Shown here in pieces: positions 37,567 through 47,799 of a DNA stretch of 64,000 nucleotides (position 1 is its first letter; the number at the start of each line of letters is the position of its first letter). Both the position numbers and the translations under genes were made by a program. The notes beneath the pieces are model-generated. The model made no database searches. It saw only the letters and a list, made by a program, of their open reading frames with translations, and was not told the origin of the DNA. The stretch spans positions 186,001 to 250,000 of the forward strand of contig AP026139.1 of assembly GCA_030295235.1 (NCBI GenBank). The letters are read 5' to 3'. This DNA comes from Fistulifera solaris (Eukaryota).

Positions 37567-40500
37567 ATGGGTCGTATTCGGCACCCGATCTTTCTCATGA
37601 TACTTACATTTCTCGCACGGAGTAGTACTCGATCGCTCGTGTTGGTCAATGCCTGGAGTGAATCTTTGCATACAACAAGGAAAGCGTACGCTTCATTCGA
37701 ACCACTTTATTTCGCGAATACTCGGCCCGGTCGTCGTCGTCGAAGCTTGTCAATATCTGCGGTGGATCTGGCCGATGACGAAGAAAGCACAGCGGAATCA
37801 TTTGCGACAGATGCTTTTCAAGTCCAGGCGCCCTTTCCACCGGCGGGAGATCAACCGGCAGCGATACAGGCTTTGATCGAGCGTATTCAGAAAGGAGATC
37901 GGTTTGCCTTATTGCGTGGCTGCACCGGCACGGGAAAGACTTTGGTAATGAGTCATGTGATTGCCGGCACACAAAAGCCAACACTCGTCCTGTGTCACAA
38001 CAAGACTTTAGCCGCGCAATTGGCGCGAGAATTGCGCGCTTTTCTCGGACCTGTGGTCGAACTGTTTGTGAGTTATTACAATCATTACCGGCCCGAGTTT
38101 TATCGAGAAACGACGGGGACCTACATGGCGAAAAAATCGTCGGTCAATCCGGATTTGGATGTGCTACGCCACCGAGCTACTCGCGCCCTCGCGTCGCGAA
38201 GGAACGTTGTTGTGGTAGCGTCGGTGAGTTGCTTGTTTGGTTTGGGGCTACCCAAGGAATACTTGGATGCATGTGTACACTACAAGACCCATGACACTTT
38301 TGATTGGGATGAGTTCTTAGAGAAGTTGACTCGATTGCAGTACCGAATGGCGGAGGACGATGAAAGTTTTGAAAGAGGAAAATATCAGATATTACACGAT
38401 GATAGCACAGACTCGAAAGTGATAACCTTATGGCCTCCTTACGAGAAATTTCCCATGCAGCTTGATGTTACTCCAGTGGCGACTAATTCGACGCAATTTT
38501 CTGTTCAAAGTATCCGTCAAGGTAATCAAGGCGGATTTCAAGCCATCACCGAATGCAAACTATTTCCCGCCAGTCACCATGTTACTCAAGATATGGAAGC
38601 GGCTTGTTTGTCTATTGAAGAGGAATTACAGGAAAGGATCAATTATTTTAATGACATGGGGAACACAGACGCGCGCAATCGCTTGCAAGTCTCTGTATTG
38701 AGGGATTTAGATCAACTTCGTACTTGGCACAGTTGCAAGGGCATTGAGAACTACAGTCGCCATTTAGCGGGTCGAGCCGCTGGCTTACCTCCCGACACTC
38801 TCTTAGATTACATGAGACTACTCAATGGGGATGATTGGCTACTCATGATGGACGAAAGCCACGTAACACTACCTCAACTGAGCAGTATGTTTCGAGGCGA
38901 TCAGTCTAGAAAGCGTCAATTAGTCAAACATGGATTTCGGTTGCCATCTGCAATGGACAACCGTCCACTGAATGAACTCGAATTCTGGGACCGTGCCAGT
39001 CAAACAGTTTTTGTTTCGGCGACTCCGTCACCCCGTGAGCTTGCACTAACAAACAGCGACCCAATAGATATGATCATCCGACCCACGTTTGTTTGTGACC
39101 CTAATATCGAGGTTCGACCGTCTGATGGAAAGCACATTGATGATTTGATCGAGGAGATAAAAGCTCGCGCAAAGAAAAAAGAGGGAAGTCTCGTTATCAC
39201 CCTGACAAAACGCGACGCAGAAGATTTGGCTAGTCACCTGGAAGAATGTGGCGTGAAGAGTGCGTACTTGCATTCAGGTCTTAAAACGCTGGAGCGTTCG
39301 AATGCTTTGCGAGCTCTGCAAGTGCGAGAAATTGATTGTATAGTTGGTATTAATTGTTTGCGTGAGGGACTCGATTTGCCGCAGGTCTCGCTAGTAGCGG
39401 TTCTTAATGCCGACTGTGAAGGATTCCTGCGTTCGGAATCGGCATTGCTTCAAGTTGTCGGACGAGCGGCTCGAAATATTCATGGAATGGCGATCTTTTA
39501 TGCAAACCGAGTGACAGATAGCATGAAACGGTGTATGGATCTGACAGTGCATCGACGACAATTGCAGCTTGATTACAATAAGAAGAACGGGTGTTCTACG
39601 AGATCAACGACAGGATCTTCGGCGCTGTCCTTTTTGATTTACTCAAGGATCAGATAGAGTTTGAAAAAGGGCTGATGGCAGAAGCGTTTAAAGCCGTTCA
39701 ACTTTCAAGTTTTACTCCGGAGCCTCTACAAGTTATTTCTGCAGAGAAAGGAAGAAGTCAGATTGTGACGGACCACATTCCGAATACACCCGGCGTTTAC
39801 TTCTGGAAAGACGCCGAAGGATCGATACTATATATTGGGAAGGGTGTCAATCTTCGCAGTCGTGTTAAATCATATATTTCGACGAGTGCCAAACACAGCC
39901 CTCGTATCAAGGAAATGGTTCGGCGCGCCAAGTCGGTCGACGTTGTCTTGACAGCCAGTGAGCGCGACGCATTACTTCTCGAATCAAATTACATCAAGCA
40001 CCACCAGCCCCCTTTTAATGTTCTTTTGAAAGATGATGAACATTATCCATACATTTGTGCGAGTGTGGGAGACTCAATTCCGAGTCTCACCGTTGTGCCA
40101 TACCGCCAGCCAGAACATGTCAGTGGATCATCGCGTTACCGATACTTTGGCCCGTATACGAGCTTCCAAGAAATTAATGCCATCCTTGATGACATAGAGC
40201 GAGTGTATGATTTGAGAGTGAAATCATTTATGACTCGCCAGGGATCTTTGTCGAAAGAAGCATACAATGAGCTCTTTGACAAAGCTCTGGAAGAGATCTT
40301 CGGCGATTCAAGAGGGTTTTCTCACAATCTGCGAATGAGACGTCGCCAATACGAAGAAGCGGGACTGTTATTCGATTCAGAGAGTAATGCATGCAGGGAT
40401 GTTGTAACCGTCCAGCTTCTACCAGATGATGAAGCCTTGGTGAGTGTGATGCAGCTTCGGAATGGGATCATGGCTGGAAGGTATAGATATACCTGTCAAG

Positions 40501-41402
40501 TCCCCGCTGGTCTCGGGGAGGATGATCTAGGCTCTGTCCTTCAGACTGTTTTGACCGAAAGACATTATCCATCAGGAAGTGAACACTCAACAAAATGGTT
40601 TCCCGACAATGTTTTACTTTCTCGTCCTTCATTAGACGTAAAAGTTTTGAAAGAGAGTATTCGAGAAGGGCGTTCACGGATTGAACCGAATAGAAAAGGA
40701 AGGATTCAAGTCAGGACAGCGGCAACACGTGGTACGCAGAAGGAAATTGATGACAGAACTTTAGAGTTTGCAACAAAGAACATGAATCAGGACGTACTTA
40801 ACCATGCCAACAAATACACCATTCCTTTTCATGGAGATGTGGCGTCCACGGAGTTGGCTGATCTATTGGCCCTAGAAAATCCTCCGTCGCGCATCGAGTG
40901 CTACGATATTAGCCATACGCAGGGAGAGAATGCCATTGCTTCGAGGGTCGTGTTTGAGAATGGCGAGCCGCAGCCTCACTTATATCGACAGTTTGTAATC
41001 CGATCTGTCGTTGGTATCGATGATTATGCAAGTATAGAAGAAGTTTTGGAGCGACGTTTTCGGCGGGCATTTAATGCAAATACGGATTTGGAGGGAGACG
41101 ACTCATGGGCCGTTCCGGATTTGGTGGTGATTGATGGAGGTAAAGGGCAGTTAAATGCAGCTTTGAAAGGAATTTTGAAAGCAACTGAATCACCGGAAGG
41201 CCAATGCGATATTCGATCACTAGTCGCCATATGCGCTCTGGCGAAAGATAAGGAGGAAGTATTTGTGCCTGGTCGGAGTGATCCAGTTAATGATCATCCC
41301 GACTCGCGCGCTCTGCTTTTGTTGAGAGCCCTCCGTGATGAAAGCCACCGTTTTGCATTAAAGGCGCATCGAAAGAGACGGTCGGTTTTGAAAAATGTAT
41401 AG
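37567..41402 (+). CDS. uvrB-uvrC: UvrB (37567-~39635) plus UvrC (~39630-41402) excinuclease, probably a single fusion protein with plastid-type presequence
   Basis: UvrB: PAGDQP, GCTGTGKT, HNKTLAAQL, FVSYY beta-hairpin, GIENYSRH, DESH, GFRLPSAMDNRPL, VSATP, LREGLDLPQVSLV, QVVGRAARN. UvrC: GIY-YIG PGVYFWKD..LYIGK..LRSRVKSY, YFGPY, RIECYDISH, DDYA, PDLVVIDGGKGQL, LRDESHRFA. The two frames overlap at a T run (39631-39635). Confidence 0.92.
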
Positions 41403-41575
41403 TACAATATTCAAACAACTTATTGAACCCATTGATTAATAGGATATCATCTCTTTATTAAGAGACTTCAATGTCGCTGTACATCCGCTACCCAAGACAG
41501 GCTAGAAGTAGAGGGCCTTGGGTTTTCCGACGAAGTCTCAAGGGCGGAGACGACCGAAGTTCTAATATCATATGA

Positions 41576-43009
41576 TCATTCGTAAAGTGACGACCCTTCC
41601 GCCTCTAATTGCTTTCCAATATTCACAAAATCCACAATCTGATTCGGATCCGACGCCCCCACGATAATTTTATCAATTCGCTTTTCTTTCCACACATGTC
41701 GTAAGGCAAACTCTTGTAATCGCATATCTTCTGGGACAGGATACTTGGGAGAATCCCCACCACTATTTTCTCCATGGATCAAAAGATGTCGCACATTTTT
41801 GGCAATCGAATACTTGACCGCCAAATTGAACGCCCCAAAGAATGCCTCCAAAACTTTGGCGGTATCTTCGTCGTAGGACTCAAACGTGTCGTGTATCAGA
41901 GGGATAACTTGCTGCAGCAAGAATTCTTCGTGCGCCGCAAAGGATCGCACTTGATCGAGGCCCGCATCCACATCGTGCAACAGGCTCTGCATGAGCTTAC
42001 ACCCGTCCAGCGTTTCTCGTTGATCGGTATCGAGCTCGATTCCTTGCGACTTGAGTTCCAAAATTTCTTCCGCATCGAAATGTGCCATGGCGGCCTTGAG
42101 TGCGACTTGATAAGCCTCCGGAAGTCCCGTCATTTGATGCGTCCATTGCAGTGGATCGTTCTTGTTCATGGTGGCGGGTAGTGGATAATCTCGCAACACA
42201 AACGGATGTGATGTGGAAGTTCCCCGATCCGGGTAACACGATAGCGGACGCATGGCATAATATTGAATGTGCGCTGGCGCATCTTTCTTGCTATTCAGAA
42301 AATCGGAACTTTCCAAAAGGTTGAAAGGGAATTGTACGACACGGAAATCCGGTGTTTCTTGTTGCAAAGCGGGTGCAACATGATGCTGCCAGGACAAATG
42401 CAAGGGATGTGTAGCGGGCAAACTGAATCCATTGCTAACAATCCCGTACGAATGCAAAGGACTTTCACGAACGAACTTTTGCAGTTCTTTGAATGATTCT
42501 GACAATTGATGAGCCAGTGTCTCATCCTTCTGGTCTTGTAGATTGTGATTCTTTTGGACTTCGGGATTGTGCAGCAGAACGACCAATTCGAGATGGTCCG
42601 GGTATTGTTCCGCCAGTTTCATCAACGGAGACTGCGTTAGAGCATAATCCAAGTAATTGGGTCCTATATTGTGTAACACTCTATTCGTTTCGACAACAAC
42701 GTCGCCCGGGAAGAACGCGCCGTGAATTTCCTCGGTCCCCGTTTCGGCCGCCGCGACTTGTCGATATCCGACTCGCACGAGACATTGAATCTTGCGGGGC
42801 ATTTCCTTTTCGAGAATTTGTGCCAAAGCCGCATCGCCTTCTTCTGTTCCCGCTTCTATACAAGAGAGACCTTGTTGAAGAGCGGTTTGAACGAGGAGCG
42901 GATGCTGCGACGAACGCCATTTCGACCCGCCCAAGCCGAGGCGGTCAATTGCCACTGTCGATAGACATCGTTTGCTTGTAATTCTCCTCAATAGCGTACA
43001 AGAAATCAT
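41576..43009 (-). CDS. Aldo/keto-reductase-like TIM-barrel protein with mitochondrial-presequence-like N-terminus
   Basis: Intact 477-aa ORF. RLGLGG, VLLHNPE, YGIVSN, VQFPFNLLE and IIVGASDPNQI resemble AKR core elements. Confidence 0.6.
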   Translation of the reverse strand: MISCTLLRRITSKRCLSTVAIDRLGLGGSKWRSSQHPLLVQTALQQGLSCIEAGTEEGDAALAQILEKEMPRKIQCLVRVGYRQVAAAETGTEEIHGAFFPGDVVVETNRVLHNIGPNYLDYALTQSPLMKLAEQYPDHLELVVLLHNPEVQKNHNLQDQKDETLAHQLSESFKELQKFVRESPLHSYGIVSNGFSLPATHPLHLSWQHHVAPALQQETPDFRVVQFPFNLLESSDFLNSKKDAPAHIQYYAMRPLSCYPDRGTSTSHPFVLRDYPLPATMNKNDPLQWTHQMTGLPEAYQVALKAAMAHFDAEEILELKSQGIELDTDQRETLDGCKLMQSLLHDVDAGLDQVRSFAAHEEFLLQQVIPLIHDTFESYDEDTAKVLEAFFGAFNLAVKYSIAKNVRHLLIHGENSGGDSPKYPVPEDMRLQEFALRHVWKEKRIDKIIVGASDPNQIVDFVNIGKQLEAEGSSLYE

Positions 43010-43597
43010 GCTCTTACTTGATGTTTGTTAAATATGAATGGTAAAAAGGTTCGTGAAGAGGCGGGCGATGCCTTTTGTGATAAATGAATGATGATAGATA
43101 TCATCATTCGTTTCATGGTCGATGTGTTATTTTTTTTTTTCGCAAGATTTCGCTCGATCCTCCTTTCGAATTGCTTCTACGAGCGAAGGACAGAACGCAA
43201 CGGAAATCTGACCTGGTGCGACGTGACCACGAACTCTAAGTATATTAAATGTTCGAATTTTGAACGGACGAACGGACGAACGGACGACGAAACGTTTCGT
43301 GTATCTCTTTCCAATGTACAAAGCTCACTTGGATCGAGTACTTTCCAGCGAATATATCAGTTCCGAACTTCCACCTATGGCCCTTTACTACTGTTTTTTG
43401 TTAGAATGATGTCAGCGAAGAACTGAACGGTATCTTCGAAAAGCTGACGTATTCAATGTTGTTTCTCCCCCTCGCACGCGGCGCGCCACCGCAAAACACC
43501 AAAAAAAAACTTTCTCGCTAACCGGCTGCTGTTGCAGGTTTGTTTGCAACAAAACCAAAAGGCCCGTATTGTGGAAAAGAGACATTCGACAACCAGC

Positions 43598-45167
43598 ATG
43601 ATTCGAACAATCCTCAATCTCCTGCTCTTCTTGCATCTCTTGGTGCAGGGAGAGGCCTATGCGTATGGCTATGGCGGCACGTCGATGTGGGACAAAATGC
43701 CGGTCATGACTTCGGACGCCTCAGAGCCCGCCCACCGGTCGTATAATTTGGCTCGAAATGGCGGGTATGGGTACATGGGCTACGATGGATGGGGTGGTGG
43801 ATACGGAATGAATCGTTATTCGCCCTACATGAGTTACGGGTAAGTTGGAAAGCGCCTTGCGTGTCGCAATTCAGACGCCTCACTGATTCCGCTTGCTTCT
43901 TCTTCTTTATAGAGGTTACAACGACTATTACGGAGGATACGGTCGTGGCTATTCGTCTTACGGGTACGGAGGATATTCGCCTTATTACAATAGGTAAGAG
44001 AGGAAGTCATAGTGCCGTCTTTGAAAGTACAGTGTTTCGTTCGTGAAGTTTCTTGTGGAGATTTCTGCATGAGCGAAACACTTAACTCCTCATTCGTGAA
44101 TCATCGTCTTGGCCTTTCATAAATTCTCACTTGTTCGGTTGCTTTAGGGGATACAACGATTACTACGGAGGATACGGGCGTGGATACGGATACGGAGGTT
44201 ATTCTCCTTATTATAATAGGTAAGTGAATTTTGTTTTTGTTGTTGGTAGGAGAGCCCGTCGGTTGTCCGTGAATGATATCACTTTCACTTCACGTGTATA
44301 AGAAAATGTTTTATTGCATCTGTTTTTCAAATATCTCATGTTGTCGTCTTCTCCGCTTTCCTTTTCAGTGGTTACTCTTCGTACGGATACGGAGGTTATT
44401 CCCCTTCTTACAAGTAAGAGCTTTGGAGTTGCTATCAGTTGTGTTGACGTGAAGATTTTCCTGCAGGCTTGCGGGGTGTCGTGTTGGTCCGGTTTTTGAA
44501 AAAGTGTCGGCTGTGTGACAGTCTCATCGTCTCATTCTTTTGTCTCATTCTTTCGTTTCTTTCTTTTAGCTCGTACGGCTATGGATCTGGGTAAGGACGT
44601 CTTTCGCTCATTTCGTAGGAATGCCTGCTAGAGCTTGTGTCTCATTCTTTCCGTCTCTTAATTCAGCAGATACGGCGGATACGGCGGATATGGTGGATAT
44701 GGCGGATACGGAGGATACGGCGGATACGGCCTCAGCTCGTACTACCGCCCGTACGAGTCGGATAAAATCGCTCGCGTGAGTCGCTGGACTGGCTCGGATG
44801 CGCGATATGGATACGACAGCTACCCTCGTTCGTACGGATATGGCTATGGAAATGGTTATGGCTACGGCGGTGGCTATGGCTATGGCTATGGCAATGGCTA
44901 TTACAATAAGTAAGAAGATAAAGTTGGTCTTGGGATGATTTTGCCATCTTTTGCCTCATTGTTGTGTTTGTCTCTTCCAGCTATTATGGCGGCCGCTATG
45001 GTTCTGGTTATTACAATAACGGATACTACAATCCTTACAACAGTTACTACAACCGTGACCCGTACGCGATGAACCGAGGATACATGAACTGGGGCTCGTC
45101 GTGGAGATCGCCTTTGTCTCCGGACGATATCACGTCTCGAAAGTCCTACTTTGACTGGCAGGCGTAA
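43598..45167 (+). CDS. Secreted Tyr/Gly-rich protein, 7 exons (43598-43839, 43913-43993, 44148-44219, 44369-44413, 44570-44590, 44667-44909, 44981-45167), 296 aa
   Basis: Signal peptide MIRTILNLLLFLHLLVQGEA. Six GTAAG...YAG introns with pyrimidine tracts give one open spliced frame of 891 nt of YGG/YGY repeats ending WRSPLSPDDITSRKSYFDWQA. Confidence 0.85.
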
Positions 45168-45924
45168 GCTTCCGTACCAGATACTATATTCTTGAATGTT
45201 TTCCATTACTATTTTAAAACGATTAACCATGTGTTGTACTGTTAAGGTAGGTCTAGAGATTAGGCCTGGGATCTTGCTTAGATTGCGGTCTTTGTTCGTG
45301 CGGAACTCTTGTTAGTTTTGCAACCGAGCGCCAACGCTTTCCATAGAGGGTTGGGCGTTAGACCCAAAGATATCAAAGCTCAGACGATGAGAAAGAATAA
45401 CGCTTACGAGATAGGTGGATCCAAGCAACGAGAAATCAATCGAATTAGGAGCATTAGCGATGAAACCAGATGGTCGTCCGTTTTGGTTGGTGGCGTTATC
45501 TCCTCGCTCCTCGCTCATTCGTCCATTGGCTGTTCTGCGGTTTTTCGCCCGAAGACGGTCAGTACTGCCAACGTCATACACGTTGATGGACGACAGCTGA
45601 CCACTTTTTCACCTCTGATAGAGTAGTGTATAATTTCTGGATGACGTGGGTTTGCGCGCCCGTCGAGCACACGAACTGCAACCTTCGACGACCACGTCGT
45701 GGCAAAAAGTCTTGGGGGGTGGACAAAACCCAACTTTTATGCGCGCGCAAAGGGTACGCACTTTCTTCGTTCCATTATTTTGTTTTGACACCTATCGCAT
45801 TGTAGTGTCCTTCATCACGTTGTTTCTTCCAGTTCTCTCTATCTTCGACCAAGAATTTCTCTACTTTTCCTTCTCTCGCAGTATTGACGCTTCCTCTCTC
45901 TAAAAAACAGCAAACAGCAAGACA

Positions 45925-47010
45925 ATGATGCTTCAAAAGACACTCTTACTGCTACTCGTAGCGAACGTCTCGGGTTACACCGCGAGTAGCTACGCTTCTT
46001 CGGGCCGTGAATGGACGACCGAAACCGGTTTTCAGCCCAATTACGCCGGGCATTACGGCGGTAACTACGCCCCGGGACCCTGGCAAGGTTCGTTCTCTCG
46101 CTCGCTCGACACCGCCGACGGCTTTCAGCAAGGAAAATCGTCGCGCTGGACGGGCTCGTCTCCGACGGCCTCGTATTCGCCTTACGTGCAGCCGATGTGG
46201 AACAACAACGGCTACTATCCGTCCACCGAATACGGCTATGACAATATGTATCCAGGCCAAGGTTATCAAAGATCGAACAACAACGGCTATCGATTCTATG
46301 ACGATAACAATTACTCGTCGCGGTCCCCGTACAGCCAGCCCTACCGCAATGGCAACTATGGGTACGGTGTTTCGAGTCAGTACTCGAATGCAAGTTATCG
46401 CAACAATGGGTATGCGAACCAGGCGTACGGCTATGGCTACGAAAATCGTCGTTCCGATCAAATTAACAGCAAGAAAGTCGACCGCTGGACCGGGTCTTCC
46501 CCCAGCACTAGCAACAGTCGTTATCTGTATGATTATGGAGGCCGTTATTACAACATTGATAACGCCTACGAAGATTCGTACTACAATGGTGCAGAAATGC
46601 CCTATTATTCCCAAGACGGATATGGTCGTCGGGCTGACAACTATCGGTACGGAAACTACCAGGGTTACAAGCCATCTTCCATGGATGGACGAGAACCCTA
46701 CAACCAATGGACTTCTGGATCTTCAAGAAACTATGGTAATCGCAACTACGATCGATACCAGACATCCTACAATGATCGAGGTTACTACCGCAATGGAGCC
46801 TACGACAACCGTGATGCCTACTACGACAATAACTATGGACGCTATGGTTTCGATCGCAGTGCCTATCGTGCCAATGAACAGATGAACTCGTATCAGAACT
46901 CGATTTATGGTTCTGGGCGTCAACAAGGACAATCATGGAAATCGCCTTTGTCTCCCGATGACATGGCTTCGCGAAAATCTTCCGACGATTGGTCGTCGGC
47001 GTCACGTTAA
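45925..47010 (+). CDS. Secreted Tyr/Asn/Gly/Ser-rich protein, intronless paralog of the upstream gene (361 aa)
   Basis: Signal peptide MMLQKTLLLLLVANVSG, RWTGSS twice, and C-terminal WKSPLSPDDMASRKSSDDW. Confidence 0.85.
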   Translation: MMLQKTLLLLLVANVSGYTASSYASSGREWTTETGFQPNYAGHYGGNYAPGPWQGSFSRSLDTADGFQQGKSSRWTGSSPTASYSPYVQPMWNNNGYYPSTEYGYDNMYPGQGYQRSNNNGYRFYDDNNYSSRSPYSQPYRNGNYGYGVSSQYSNASYRNNGYANQAYGYGYENRRSDQINSKKVDRWTGSSPSTSNSRYLYDYGGRYYNIDNAYEDSYYNGAEMPYYSQDGYGRRADNYRYGNYQGYKPSSMDGREPYNQWTSGSSRNYGNRNYDRYQTSYNDRGYYRNGAYDNRDAYYDNNYGRYGFDRSAYRANEQMNSYQNSIYGSGRQQGQSWKSPLSPDDMASRKSSDDWSSASR

Positions 47011-47799
47011 GAAAATTACGTTTTCATGACCAGCTTTTTGTGCACTCTGCAAGGCAATCAAGATTAATATTACGATATTGTGTGTAAATCTAATTAAATA
47101 GGACTTCTTGATATATTAGTTTCCTTGGCTGCTCTCAAAACATAGCTTTTAGTCGATACTAAAAGCATAGCATGTACGGTTATTCACTTTGGATAACTTT
47201 TCTCTAGTAGGGGAGTTATCTATAAGACTATGCGCTTCGGTCGGCATTCGTCTATCGTTGATTTTTGAGTTTCAGGAATATGCAACGAACATAGCTACAG
47301 CTTCAAACAGAATTAGCTTTGTTCTTTGGATGACCCCTTTCTGCCCTACCAACGAATTGGATGACGTCGTTGATGCAAAAGTATGACGTGGTCGATGCAT
47401 AAATTGCTGACGTGGTTGATGCAGTTTTGAAGTTTTGGATGACACATGTCACATGTGACATGCGGGATTCGAGACGCGAGACACGCGAACACCACGGACA
47501 ATGAATGGACGGGCGGATGACGGACGATTTATGAGTCATCCTGCCTGCTGCTGCCTGGGTCATGGTGTGTCTCTAGTCACGAATAATGAGTGAAAAATAA
47601 AATGTTCGGCATTTTGCTAGTCTATGATAAGGTTCTAATCGAGCAAGCGCGGAAAACGAATATTCTTTGCGATCAACAAGAGTGATATAATGATCATACA
47701 AGCTTACGCGAGTCACATTTATGCTGTTACGAATAATATTACACACTGTTCATGCGGCGCACTGGGAAAACGTTGCAGGACAGCGCCTTCGCAACACAT

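Noticed and set aside
39620..39660. Programmed ribosomal frameshift between uvrB and uvrC
   Set aside because: Similar 1-nt indels in short homopolymers break many conserved genes in this window, so a consensus error is more parsimonious. Not formally excluded without accurate reads.
37567..41402. Bacterial contaminant or operon
   Set aside because: It lies between eukaryote-style genes with similar composition, has a eukaryotic targeting-like extension, and has no bacterial neighbours.
32664..41402. Functional DNA-repair cluster (RTF2, 2OG oxygenase as AlkB-like, uvrBC)
   Set aside because: The oxygenase shows no AlkB-specific features I can identify, and adjacency in a compact eukaryotic genome is not evidence of a shared pathway.
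45839..47005. Long overlapping antisense and alternate-frame ORFs (also 8607-9194 and 51463-52164)
   Set aside because: Shadows of biased codon usage or repeats in the real genes. Many start at TTG/GTG, which is not expected for nuclear genes.
43598..47010. Assignment of the Tyr-rich proteins as cingulins or silaffins
   Set aside because: They lack the Lys-rich KxxK/KSxK repeats characteristic of those families, so they are left as unassigned secreted structural candidates.
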